Shown piece by piece: positions 34,603 to 48,394 of a DNA stretch of 64,000 nt. A program made the position numbers and the translations under genes. The DNA is from the human T2T-CHM13v2.0 reference genome, Homo sapiens. Each line of letters starts with the position of its first letter. Within the stretch, counting starts at the first letter, position 1. The notes beneath the pieces were generated by a model. The model saw only the letters and a program-made list of their open reading frames with translations, was not told where the DNA came from and made no database searches. The stretch lies in the NCBI RefSeq assembly GCF_009914755.1, contig NC_060939.1; one strand, written 5' to 3'.

Positions 34603-35110
34603 GGAAGTTAATTTAAAGTTGTCCTGAATTCAAAGTACTCCCTGGTATCTGGTAGGAAATAATCCAAATACAAATATGTAATCACAATAAACATAAAATT
34701 TTTCTGTTAAAAACAGTAATTATCAGACTATATTTGTAAAAATCATCTAGCCATACACCTAAAATAAAACACACAAAGGGATAAAAGTATTGATAAAGGC
34801 ACACCAGTAAAATACTACGGGAAAAAAAGCTGAGAAACCTATTTAATATCAAACTGTATATGTGTTAAAGGAAAAAGTATTATTAGCAATAAAAAGGGTA
34901 ATTATATGATAATAGTTTCAACAAATATAATTTTTATAAAGTTGCATTCCCCTAATAACATAGGTTAAAAATAGTAAGAAAATCAGACAGGACAATAGTA
35001 ACTAAATGAAAATACCAGCACAATAAGAGATTTTAACATACTTCTATCAGTCAATTATAGGTCAAGCACAAGGAAAATCAGCCACAATGTAGAAAAATTT
35101 CAGTAACACA

Positions 35111-35557
35111 CTCTCTTCAAAAAATGATGCTGGAAGCCGGGCGCGGTGACTCACGCCTGTAATCCCAGCACTTTGAGAGGCCAAGGCGGGCGGATCATGA
35201 GGTCAGGAGATCCACACCATCCCGGTTAACACGGTGAAACCCCGTCTCTACTAAAAATACAAAAATTAGCCAGGCGTGTTGGCGGGCGCCTGTAGTCCCA
35301 GCTACTCAGGAGGCTGAGGCAGGAGAATGGTGTGAACCCAGGAGGCGGAGCTTGCAGTGAGCCGAGATGGCACCACTGCACTTCCAGCCTGGGCGACAGA
35401 GTGAGACTCTGTCTCAAAAAAAAAATGATGCTGGAAAAACTGAATATCCATATGCAGAAGAATGAAACTAGATCCCTATCTCCTACCATATACAAAAATC
35501 ACATAAAAATGGATTAAAGGCTTAAATCTAAGACTTCAAACTATGAAACTATTACAA
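35111..35557 (+). mobile_element. Internal L1MA-type ORF2 fragment (~150 bp excluding the Alu), no tail
   Basis: ctctcttcaaaaaatgatgctggaaaaactgaatatccatatgcagaagaatgaaactag...ctatgaaactatta, homologous to 10353-10496. Confidence 0.75.
35136..35419 (+). mobile_element. AluY
   Basis: CpG-rich; Y diagnostics (accatcc..gg.taacacggtg, ggagaatgg.gtgaacc, gagcttgcag); 17-bp TSD aaaaaatgatgctggaa (35119-35135 / 35420-35436). Confidence 0.93.
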
Positions 35558-35741
35558 CAATGAGTAAACTAGATGTCATGGACCCAAGTAGAACCAAGCA
35601 TTCAAAAACTTGAGAATATACAGTCTTCTGAATCATATAAGAAATATATAGAAGACTGACCATGTGCCAATCCATAGCACAAATTTCAACAAATTTTAAG
35701 AAACTCATATCATAGAGACTTATCCTATGATCACAATTAAA

Positions 35742-36122
35742 TAGGTTGTGTTGTGTTAAAAAGTTATCCCTAATTCCCAGTGACTTCAGATATCAGAGGT
35801 ATATTTCCCCCTCATGCTACAGCTCCAATGCAGGACAGCAGAAAACTTGGCTCTTCACAATCAGCCAGGAACCCAGGCTGAAGTAGGCTTGCCATTTTAG
35901 TTTCTGGAATGTACAATATTCTCCACTGATCAAGAGGGAAAGAAAGAGATGGAGGATCCCACGTCGACTCTTAAATTATTACACTTGGCCCAGGCACATA
36001 ACACTTCCACCCATGTGCATTTAACAGAGCAAGTTAAAGAGCTTGAACTAATTGCAAGGGGGCTGGGAAATATGGAAGACCTCATGGGTATCTTGAGAGA
36101 AGTATAAAGTTCTCTGCTCACA
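35742..36122 (-). mobile_element. MLT1-type (I/J/K/L) MaLR LTR
   Basis: cccagtgactt...caggaacccaggctga...acacttccacccat...ttgcaagggggctgggaaat. Confidence 0.65.
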
Positions 36123-36359
36123 CCCAGCTTTCGGATCACTTTGCTGCCTTCTTCCTGCACGTAGAGCACATTCAACACCTCTCCAAGTTGATTTAATAAC
36201 ACAAATGCAGAACCTCAATATATGCAATTTAGCACACAGAAGAAAACATATAATATCATATTTTAAGGGAAAATATAACTTGTAATTATTTTTAACTTAA
36301 TTACTTATAAGTTAACATAATAACTCAAATTTTATGCATTATAAATAAGACAACTATAA

Positions 36360-38100
36360 AGTATTGTGTTGATATGGGCAAATAGATTTTAAACTTTACA
36401 CAGAAAAAAAAAGAAACATGCAAGAAAATCCAAGAAAACACTAAAGAAAACCATGATGGGAAATAACTCACCAGACATTAAAACATAGTATAAACACTGT
36501 AAATAAAATGGTATGGTACAGGTACATGCGTTGACAAATAGACTAGTGGACTAGAAACAGAGAGACTCCAAATGGTACATATGTGAATTTAGTATATATT
36601 AAAAGTGTCATCTCAAATTCACAAAGATAAATGTTTTAAATAAATAATGCTTAGGAATCTTGTTAGTATTTGGGAAAATATAAAATTAGATTCAGTTCAT
36701 ACCATGCATAAAAACAAACTTTAAATAGATCAGGGACTTAAATGTAAAAATGAAAACTTACAAGTAGTAAAAAAAGGGGGTGGGGGTGAATTTTTCTATA
36801 ATCCATTTATAGGGAAAGGCTCTGAAACTGTGACTTAAAAATCCAGAGGCAACAAAAGAGAAAATTTTAAAATTTGACTACATAGAAATTGTTTTAAAGT
36901 TGTCATGGCAAAAAACATATCAGAAACTAAGTCAAAAGGCCACTGATGAAATGGGAGAAAATGTTTACAACATGTGCTGCAAAGGGCTAATATCCCTAAT
37001 ATGTAAAGAACCGCTAAAATTTGATGAACAGAGCATTAAAAATTCAATACTAATGAAGAAAAGACATAAACAGATAATTCACAATGAAAAGATTTTAAAA
37101 CAGTCTTTGAGGACACAGGAGTCAACCTTGAAGGAACTTCTCACAGGCAAAAGCAGGGACAATTTGAGTAAAAAAATAGGTAATGATAATAGTGAATGAT
37201 ACGCCTCAGAATAAATATCTGTCCATAAGTCCATCTAATATAAATAACGAGAAAGAATAAAAAGAAAAGGAAAGCAACAAGACAGTTCTTCCTTACATTA
37301 GAATTCCAATCGATTAATGTAGAAAGAATAAAGCAAAGAGAAACGGAAAATATCCAATAGGCGGATACCACAGTAGTAATTGTCATAGGCAAGAGTCGTC
37401 TATTAATAAGAAAATTAGCAGGCAAAAGTATAAGAAGAACCAGAATACTCATAGTCTCAAATATACTTACTAATTGAACTACTTAATTCATATTAAACTA
37501 ATTTATTAATTTAAAAAGAAAAACAGTAAATTTATAGTCAAAAAAACTAATAATTTTCTTTAACTTCAACACGTTAAACAAGCTACCAAATATAACATCA
37601 CCAATAAGAACATATATCAATAACATACAGCTTCTGATATGATACACTGCAAATGGTATAAAATCATTCTGGAATATTCCTGCCAAATATACGTAACTTC
37701 AAACTAATTATGAAAAATCATAGGCTATACCCAAATTAGTGGGACATTCAAGAAAATAACTTTTAAGTACCCCTCCAATGTGTCAAGATCATGATAAAGA
37801 CAAACTAAAAAATGTCACAGATTGGGGCAGATTAAGAAGAGATGAAAACTAAATAAAATGTGTTATTTAGCATAAGTTCCTGAATCTGAAAAAGTATGTT
37901 AGCAAAAAAGTTTGCAAAATTCAATTGAAGTCTTTAGATGAGTAAGTAATATTGAATCAATGTGAATCTTCTGATTTGGGTCATTGTGCCATGTTCCTTT
38001 TGGAAGCTGACCTTAAGGGAAGCTTTGTAAAGACTGTTCCATAACTCTCTGTACTCTTTTGCAACTTTTTATAAGTCTAAAATTATTTCAAAATATGTTT
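36360..38100 (+). mobile_element. L1MC/MD-type ORF2 3' region and 3'UTR fragments
   Basis: ccagacattaaaacata..ataaa; tacatagaaatt..ttaaagtt; aaagggctaatatccctaat; 3'UTR ctctgtactctttttgcaactttttataagtctaaaattatttcaaaat. Confidence 0.6.
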
Positions 38101-38863
38101 ATGATATAATTGAGTGTCTAAAGCAGAAAGCAGTAAAAACATATTGTAAGGTTTAAAACATACATAGAAGTAAAACTGGGACAAAAATAGCACAAAAGAT
38201 GGGAGGAAAGAAAAAAGTATGCTTTTGTGAGGCTTTTATACTAGATGTGAAGTAGTATATTATTTGAAAGTAGACTGTGAAAAATTAGTAATAGTGACAT
38301 GTGTATGTGTATACATATATAAAACTCTAGAGCAAACACTAAAAATTAAAATGGTATAAACAATTGAAAGAAAGATAGATAAGGCAGATACATAGAAAAG
38401 GCAGAAAATATCACTATATTTACTTACAAAATTCTATGATGACCAATGAAGAGACAACAATAGAATATATAAACTATTCAAATCACTAAGTTTAGCATGT
38501 TTATTAATAAAAGATGAATATGAAAACACATTTCTGTATACTAGGTGAGAACACTTAGAAAAAAGGTGCTATCTTTTTAAGCAAAGATACTGAGCTTAAA
38601 TTCTGGAAATAGCTGTATTATTTTAGGCCACACATTTTGCTGAAAACAGCTAGAAATCTGGAGGTACATTTCATCAAAATAATGTATAATGTCATTAGGA
38701 GGCTAATTAGAATAGCAGTGAGGAATTGTAGGGCCAATATCTAGATCAGTAGGTAACACAGAGAAATGAGCCCCGCATTTGCAGCATTTTTTTTCCCTCA
38801 AGGCCATCAGTGATATGTGAAACAACAGACTGGAGTCTAAGGACAGAACATACAGAATCATTG

Positions 38864-39682
38864 ACTTACTTCATGGAGGCTAACATCCTTCAGGTTCATC
38901 TATACTGTCCCAAATGACATAAATCCCCCCTGTTTAAAGCTGAATAGTATTCCATTGTGTATAATTACCACATTTCCTTTACCCATTCGTCTACTAGTAC
39001 ACACTTAGGTTGAGTCTCTATCTTCGCGGCTGTGAATAATGCTGCAATGAACAAGGGAGTGCAGGTATCTCCTTGAAATATTGATGTCAATACTTTTCAT
39101 TATATACCCAGACATGGGATTGCTGGATCATAGGATAGTCATATTTTTACTTCTGTATTTAAATTAGGTTACTGGTTTTTCTTGCTATTTAGTTAAGCTA
39201 TTTAGTTATATATTTTGGATATTAACCCCTTATTAGATATATGGTTTGCAAATATTTTCTCTCATTCTGTAGATTATTTCTTAACTCTGTTATTTTCTTT
39301 ACTGTGTAGAAAGATTGTAACTTAATCCAAACCCGCTTGTCTATTTTAACTTTTGTTACCTATGCTTTGAGGTCTGTATCACACGATCTCACATGCAGAA
39401 TCTAAAAAAGTTTAACTCATAGATGCAGAGAGTATAATAGTGGTTACCAGAGGCTTAGGGTAGAAAGGGAAGGAATGGGGAAGTGGTGGTTAAGAGGCAC
39501 TAAGTTTCAGTTACACAGGAGGAAACTATTGTTTTTTTAGATCTACTGCACAGAAGGATGACTACAGATAATAATTTATTATATATTTCAAAATAGCTGA
39601 GAGTAAATTTCAAATGTCTCACCATGAAAAATGATAAGTGAGGTGACAGATTTGTTTATTAGCTTGATTTAGTCATTCCAGG

Positions 39683-39733
<51 letters not shown>

Positions 39734-39799
39734 AACATTAAATTGCACTCCAAAATGTATGAAATTATGATTTATTATTTCAAATAATATTAACTTTTA
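38864..39799 (+). mobile_element. L1MA8-type insertion with 5' inversion (38864-~39376 minus; ~39377-39799 plus)
   Basis: Reverse-strand ORF2 end fused to a forward 3'UTR; flanks agaatcattg / agaattcactg. Confidence 0.8.
39684..39730 (+). repeat. (TG)n microsatellite
   Basis: About 23 perfect TG units inside the L1MA8 3'UTR. Confidence 0.97.
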
Positions 39800-40447
39800 A
39801 GAATTCACTGGGCTTTGGGGACAAAGATTTTGGTTCAAGATCCAACAAGAAGAGTAAGACCTGGTAAATCCCCCATGGCTACACATTAATGGAATAAGGG
39901 TAAAGTGGAACTGCATCTACCCTCATAATCTAGGATCATCTCATTTTCTGATTGGATGATGGTGTTCCATGCTTAGCTGACTGCAAGAAACAAAAGTGAC
40001 TCCATGTTACAATAAGATCATCCAGAGCCTCAAAATAGTTTGATAGCTTTTTCTAAACAATGTTTAGCACATAGCAGAAAATAAGTCAGCCTATGAAACA
40101 TATGAGTTAACCTAAAATAAAGAGAAAATATACAAACCAAAGTAGATCAAGGTGTTAAGATTAAAATCTTAAAACTTTAAGCATTCATATTACTTGAACA
40201 TATTAATCCTGTTAGGATTCAAATTTTAAAATTAATTTAATTTATAATTTTTTTAATTTTTAAATTAAAAATTTTAAATTACAATAGAAAATTTTAAAAT
40301 GTTTAAATTTTAACCTTAACAGGATTAACATGTTCAAGTAATATGAATTTCGTTGCAGTAGTAGAAACTTAAAAATCAAATATAAATTCTGTTTAAAAAG
40401 ATACAATAAGTAAAACACTGAATTCATCGGACTTTGGAGATGGGAGA

Positions 40448-40822
40448 TGTATTAGTCCATTCTCACACTGCTATAAAGAACTACCTGAGACTGAGTAATT
40501 TATGAAGAAAAGAGGATTAATTGACTCATGGATCCACAGGCTGTACCGGAAGCATGGGTAGGAAGCCTCAGGAAGCTTACAATTATGGCAGAAGGCAGAG
40601 GGGAAGCATACATATCTTACTGTGGTGGATCAGGAGACAGAGTGAAGGGGGAAGTGCTACACACTTTTCAAACAACCAGATGTTGTGAGAACTCACAATC
40701 ACAAGAACAGCAAGGGGGAACCACCCCCATGATCCAGTCACTCCCACCAGGTCTTTCCCCCAACACTCAGGATTACAATGCAACATAAGACTTGGGTGGG
40801 GACACAGAATGAAACCAAATCA
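40448..40822 (-). mobile_element. THE1D/MSTA-type solo LTR
   Basis: tgtattagtccattctcacactgctataaagaa...gggacacag..aaaccaaatca; TSD ggaga/agaga. Confidence 0.88.
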
Positions 40823-41661
40823 AGAGAAATGTTAAACAGAATATAAATTGTAAGAAAATATTTAGAGTAAATCCAAAGAGAGAGAAAGTAAAGAAAAGCA
40901 ATACTTGGAGAGATATTAGCTACGAATTTTCCAAAACTGATGAAAAGCACAAAGCCACAGATTCCAGAGGCATCACGCACAACAATAAGAATAAACAGAA
41001 GGAAACACACATCAAAGTAAAACTGCAGAAAATCAAGAACAAAGATTACTGGAAGGCAGCAAGACACACAGCCAGAGAGAAAGAGAAAGAATTTGTCACT
41101 CTGTCCAAAAACTAGAAGTGACAATTGACTTTCAACAGAAACAGTGGAAACTACAAGACAGTATGTCAATACAAAAAATAGGGTAAAAAACAACTAGAAA
41201 CCTACGGTTCTATACCAGCAAAAATATCATTCCGAAATAAAAAAAATTAAAAATGTTTTCATATAAATAAAACTAAGAGAATATTTCACTAGCAGATCTG
41301 AATTAAAATTTTCACTAGTAGATCTGAATTAAAAGGGGCTGAACTGAGTATTAGAAAAAATACATTAAATAGCAGTTTAGAGGTACAAGAAGAAAGAACA
41401 ATAAAAAAGATAAACATTAATTGCAGGAAACAACAAAAATGATAACTAGTGAGAATTGTACTTGATGACAACAAATATAACTACAATAAAAATAAACACA
41501 ATAAAATTAGCAACATTGATATAACTTGATAATGGTAAATGGAATTAAGTATTCTAAATTCTTCCCACTGTCCACACATAACTATATTTTTTAATTTATG
41601 TTAGGCTTCAATGAAACAATGATACATGGCAATCACTGAAAGAATAGAAAAAATATACGTA

Positions 41662-42077
<416 letters not shown>

Positions 42078-42199
42078 TTATATATCCATTATAATATTAA
42101 ATATAAACAGCTTAAATAGTCCAAAGATAGCAAGGTGTTTTTTTTTCTTTAATAAAACATACCTTCAGGTTTCTACTTGTTGACTGAGAGTGAGGATCA

Positions 42200-44170
42200 A
42201 GAGATGAGACAAAGGAGTAAATTTTGAGGACAATAGAATTTGTTCCATATTTTAATTGTGGTGGTAGTTAGATATAAAAATTTCTCAAAACTTTAAAAAA
42301 TGTTTTCGGTTCTATACTCAAAAATGTATGCTATTAATATAATAGTGTTAATTTTAAAAAGGACAGTGAAGTCAGCTTTAATGGGTACCTACTGGCCAAA
42401 TCTACAATTTGATCATGAAAATAAAAAATAACAATGCATTACAACATGTTGAGAAAATGAGATCCATAAGTCTATACTATATAAATAAATAAGACTAGGG
42501 ATATCTCTTCTTTAAAGCAAAAATACAAATAAAAAACTGAATGAATAAATGAATGATAGAAATATAAAATCAAAATTCAGAATCAATATAGTGGTAGCTA
42601 ATTCAGTCAGGAATCATCAGTAAATGCAAAGGCTAGAGGACAGTCATTTGATGAAGAACCAGATACTGACATAGCCCTAGAGTATTTCCCCAAAAAATAC
42701 TATCAGTTACAGGGGGGAAATGGTGATATCATTGTGGAGATAACGAGGAGGCATTCACATGGCCAAGTGATCAAGTTTAGCCTGTATGTTTTCTGACCTG
42801 AGAGGAACATCATGATTTTTATCATATTCCTGACAAGAATGTATCACTTGAATAGGGTCATGAGGAAACAGTGGAGGAACCCAGGTTGAGGGACACCATA
42901 AAGATTGAAAGGCCTCTATTCTACAAAATCTTCAAGTCATGAAAAACTGAGACAGCCTGAGAAACTGTTTAAAGGAGATGTAAGATATGTAAGTAAAATC
43001 TATGCATGATATTCGACTGAATCAGGATCAGATAGAAAAACGATACTTTGTTGGGATAATGAGATTTAAATGAGGTCTGTGAGTTGGATGGTGGTATTGT
43101 ATTAATGTTGATTTCCTGCTTTGGATAATTATATTGTGCTAATAGGAAAGAGTAGGTGGAATAGTTCAGGAAAAGAAAAATGATAATGATCATAAAACAG
43201 ACATTATACACACATACAATACACATTATATTGAAAGAGAGAGTTGAAGGTTATTTGGTGAAACACCAACAATTAGGGCATCTGTATGAAGGAGTAAGGG
43301 AATACGAGAGGTTTTTTATACTGTTTGAAATAGTTTGAAATAGTTCTAAGTAAATTATGAAAAAAGTAATAAGAAATATCTACATATACTGATAAGCAGT
43401 GATCATTCAGCACATATTAAGTAAAAACAATAAGGTGTAGAGCAGTTTATGGTGTGTTTATCGTGTGTCTTACTGTTAGCAATAATACTGGTATTGTTAT
43501 TTTACAATTATTATATAAATATAGAACAAGATAAATATGGTAATTTTATAAAGAACTAAGATACCCAATATAAAGGAAAAGGAAATAAATATATTTTTTA
43601 ATGATTAAATGTATGTATTTTTTAAATGTATTCTTTAGTTCTGCTCATTAAAATAACCCGGAAGCACTAAAAACTCAGTAGCAATGAACATCACCATTTC
43701 TTAGATGATGGTGTCCAAAATCAATCCAATAGAACTAGGGCTCCTTGGAGAAATTCGCTAATTCCTGATCATGTGCAGAAAATGTACAAAATGAACCTGG
43801 TACTTATTTTCGTGTAAGGAAAATAAGTATCACAAAGTACTTACTGGGCTAGTGTCAAAAGGATACCAAAAAAAAAAAAGAAAAGAAAAAGAAACACAGT
43901 AGCCAAAAGTGAAAACATTAATCAACATGGTTAATGACTACAGTTGATCAAAATGTCAAATAAGTGTTAAAACCCATGAATTCAAAGCGATACTTTTTGG
44001 GATGAACAAAAAAAAACTATTAGTTGTTTTTTTGGAGATTGCCAGAATGCCATCAAATTAATCTGAAAGTTAAAATTACTTAATTGAAAGCCAACAAATT
44101 AATTCTGAAAGTTAAAGAAATAAATCAAATACTGATCTTGTTTTTCTGTATGAACTGTATTTCACAATAA
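42200..44170 (+). mobile_element. L1MC/MD 3'UTR fragments
   Basis: tttaattgtggtggtagtta; ccaagtgatcaagtt; tattaatgttgatttcctg; tagaactagggctccttggagaaat. Confidence 0.55.
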
Positions 44171-44179
44171 ACAGATAGT

Positions 44180-44330
44180 TCTACCACTAATCCATTGAGT
44201 GACTTTGTGTGAGTCTCTCTCCACCTCTCCGAGCCTTGTTATCGATCTATAAATGAAGATAGTAATGCCTGCTTTATAGCAATGTTAACAGCATTAAAAT
44301 AGACAATATATGTAATGCTTCTAGTACAGA
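44180..44330 (+). mobile_element. MIR
   Basis: gagtgactttg...acctctccgagcctt...atctataaatgaagatagtaat. Confidence 0.65.
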
Positions 44331-44517
44331 GGCTTATTTTCTCTGCAGAGCTTTTTATAATACTTAAGGACATTTAACCTGTCATGCACTTGTTTTGTAT
44401 TCTACAGACCATTCTCCAGTTCATTCATTTATCATAAAACTTTACCTGCTGAAGGGTCTACCACATATTAAGCACTGTGTTAGAGTTGAAGTATGAAAAT
44501 TAAGACATGCTTCCTGA

Positions 44518-44916
<399 letters not shown>

Positions 44917-45803
44917 TAGATTTCAGAAGCCTGTCAAGGCTGTTCTCTACCACCCATGCTTCTTAGGCTTAAAAAAAAAAGAAGACGACAGCAGCAGTTT
45001 TGGTAAGAAAATAATAAGACAGCCAAATTAACAGACCAACAAGTAACAAAAAATAGATATAATATGGCTTAGAGTTATAGATGACGGTGTCCAGAGGGTA
45101 TGTCTATATTCAGTCTTAGCCTGCCTGACAGTACACCGGCACCATTAAGCTATTCAGGTCACGTTAACTGAATAGGACAAATGGGGCAAGAATGAAGATT
45201 AATGAAGACAAACAGCATTTGAAATGGCAGGATCTAATTCTAGGTAAGCTGCCTTAGAGATGACAGCTGAAATTTGCTCATACCCCAAAACTACACCCAA
45301 CAGCAATTCATTATATGTATCAAACGAGATGAGAATCAACGACCCAGAGTATGTGCCTGTCTTCTGGGAATCTCCTGCACGCAGGTGGCAAGCCGGATGC
45401 AAAAATCTATTACGTTCTGGGTATAAAGGCTTCTATTGTAAAACCTGCATATAAACAAGGCTAGTGTCCGCTGAGAAATCTTGAGTAATCATGACTTTAA
45501 AAAAATGGTATCTTGGTTGTGTGTCAGCTGTTATAACCAGTTGTGGATTAATTTTTAACTATGCACTTTTTCTTAGAGTATTATGTATAAACACTCAAAC
45601 GAAAGCGAAACAAAAGAAAGTAAAAGCAGCCAGTGGATAAACTTGCATTTTTTAAATGCTGAAAATCATTCACTGAACGATTAATTGCTGAAATATTTGG
45701 TACAGTGAAATATGTAGCCTACAGAAAATAACAGATATAAAATGGTGAAAATAACAGACATAGAAATGGTACAAATGACAGAGATAAACATGGCCTCTTC
45801 AAT

Positions 45804-45995
45804 CAGTGCATCCCAACATTTTTCACCTTGTGTCATACATAGAAAATGATGACATCTTTACAGCACTCGAGTAGGCTACTGGAGGCAATTGGCCGGGAAG
45901 CTCTGTTATCTAGGTCTTGCTCAGTTGACCCAGTTCAAAATGCTCCTCCAGTGAATTCACTGCACACCTAAGCTAAGGGTTTTCAAACAGTACTG
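45804..45995. mobile_element. hAT-type MER relic (MER112-like)
   Basis: cagtgcatcccaacatttttcac..gtcatacatagaaaatgatga ... tttcaaacagtactg. Confidence 0.4.
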
Positions 45996-46216
45996 TGAGT
46001 GGTCTTATGAGTTCTGAGATGGAGCTGGAGGAATTCTGGTTAGGTAGACCTCTACACTCTCACCCCAGAGCAACTCCACTTTTTTCCGTCTCCTTAAAGA
46101 AAAAAAAAATCCACTTATGAAAAAATACATTTGGCAAATTAATTCCTTCATTCTAAGACAACTGTAATTAAATTTTAAAATAAAAACGAGCTTGGAAACT
46201 AGATATCTAATTATTG

Positions 46217-46390
46217 CAATATTCCTCAACCCTGGCTACACATTAGAATCAACTGGAAGGCTTTTAAAAGATACAGATGCCTGGGCCCGACCCTCAGTGA
46301 TTCAGAACCAGCCATAGTGTGGCTCAGGCATTTGGTAATATTTTAAAACTCCCCAGGTATTTCTTATGTAGCCAGGTTTGAGAAGCACTA
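46217..46390. mobile_element. MER5A/B (hAT-Charlie)
   Basis: ctcaaccctggctacacattagaatca.ctgga...ttttaaaactccccagg...tgtagccaggtttgagaagcact. Confidence 0.8.
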
Positions 46391-47059
46391 AATTAGACCT
46401 GGCAGCCACGTAGAAAAAGGACTGAAATAAGAGTCAGTTGAAACTCACTTATCCTTGCCAGTGTTATTTGCCAGTTACGAACAACTTGGAGAATGGGCGT
46501 GTACTAATTTTCTTGTTTATTAGACATTAACACTTATATGTGAGTTTTTCAGACTAGGACATTTCAGCAGGAAAGAAACCAAGGTGGTCAATGATAGCAG
46601 GAAGATTTGGAGGCTACAGTCTGAGAGTTTTGCGACTTTTTAAAAAGAGAAAATTTTAGAGTACAATAGAAAAAAAAAAACATAAATTGGTAACGACTGA
46701 GTATGCTAAGACTTCATATTATTTTCTTCACCCCATTCTCTTTCACCCTCTATGTGCAAGGTAGGAATCAGCGTTACTTGAAAATGGAAACTAATGGGAA
46801 AGGGTATAAAGCTGGCAACCTCATTAAGGACAAAAAAGGAAAAAATAATTGAAGCCAATAGAGGCCATGAAGGAGAAAATCTGAAGCAAAGATCTGGTTT
46901 GCCTGTTTTGTTTTCTAGAATCCTAGAATTTCTGGTAAAAGTGGCATACAGATGAAGAAAATCTATAAAATCTCTGGGAGTAGAAAAAGTCAGTTGTGTA
47001 CAAGAGATTGTGTAATCATTTTTTTAACTGGAGTTTATTCAAAGTTCTCATTTGCTGAA

Positions 47060-47330
47060 ATAATAATACTGATTATTTAATGAATACAGTCCATGGGCCA
47101 GATGTTTTAGAGGTTTTATATATGTTATCTCAAATATATTTTTATAGTAATCCTTTACTTACGCTCTAATTCTTACTATTTCCATGTCCTGAAAGGTATT
47201 TATTTGTATTTTACAAAATAAGAAATTGAACCTTGAGGAATACAGATATCAAGTCCTCATGATCAGAAGCCAGGATAGATATTATTTGAGTTGCTTCCTG
47301 TCTACCTCCAATATCTAAAGTTTTTGCACA
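47060..47330 (-). mobile_element. MIR relic, with insertion
   Basis: aataataactgattatttaatgaatac...ttttacaaaataagaaattga. Confidence 0.5.
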
Positions 47331-48069
47331 GCACGTAAACACACTTAGGAATTAAAGCATTTGACAAAGCATTGAATCTGTGGTAAACATTCATAAAATT
47401 TTGGGAACTGTATGGAAAGGAAGAGAAAGCCCAAGATTTCTTTTTCATTCTCTTTAAAATAAAAAGCTTGCTGTATAAATATTGAAAACATTATGCAATA
47501 AAAAGTTGAGTGACAGTTGTCAGGTTTGGAACTAGGAATACAAAGATGAAGTAAAATTGGAGCAAGAGAAGGAGGGATTAATCAATGCCAGATGCTTTTC
47601 AGCTAGGGTCTGATAAGGATTAGAAAAAACACATTTTGTGGATCTAGAAATAAAGCGAATATGTAATAAATAAAAACATCACAGTCTTTTTAAAACAAGC
47701 TCAACACTGTTCCTTCTGGCAGGAAAAGGGAAGGGGGAAAAAGGAGGAGAAAAACGTCTATAATTTTGTGTTTTAGAAAAGTACTAGCCAGTTCAGGTCA
47801 CCAAAGACCATGAAATAATAAAAATAGGCAGAAGACATACATGTTCAGGATTCAGAACACAGGGAGGGAAGAGGAGTAACGAAGCAGGTAAAATTTGCTC
47901 CTGTGAATGCATAGTCCTCTGTGCAAAAGGAAAATCTCAAGAGGGTGCTTCAGAAAGAGATGGGAAGAAATACAAATGGTGATGGGCTTACAGTACTGAG
48001 ACGAGAGAAGGAAAAGTAAAACAAATCATTTTACTACAAAGATAATTATTCAGTAAAAAGAAAAGATAG

Positions 48070-48394
<325 letters not shown>

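Larger units (their letters stand above)
34660..35740 (+). mobile_element. L1ME ORF2 endonuclease-region fragment, interrupted
   Basis: Degenerate aataagagattttaacata (GDFN), gactgaccatgtg (IDH), tatgatcacaat (SDH). Confidence 0.6.
38590..41660 (+). mobile_element. Old L1ME/HAL1-type 5' region and ORF1 remnant, interrupted by L1MA8 and THE1D/MSTA
   Basis: ORF1-like motifs gaattttccaaaactgatgaaa, acagattccagag, gactttcaacagaaacagtggaa, ttctataccagcaaaaatatcattc. Confidence 0.6.
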
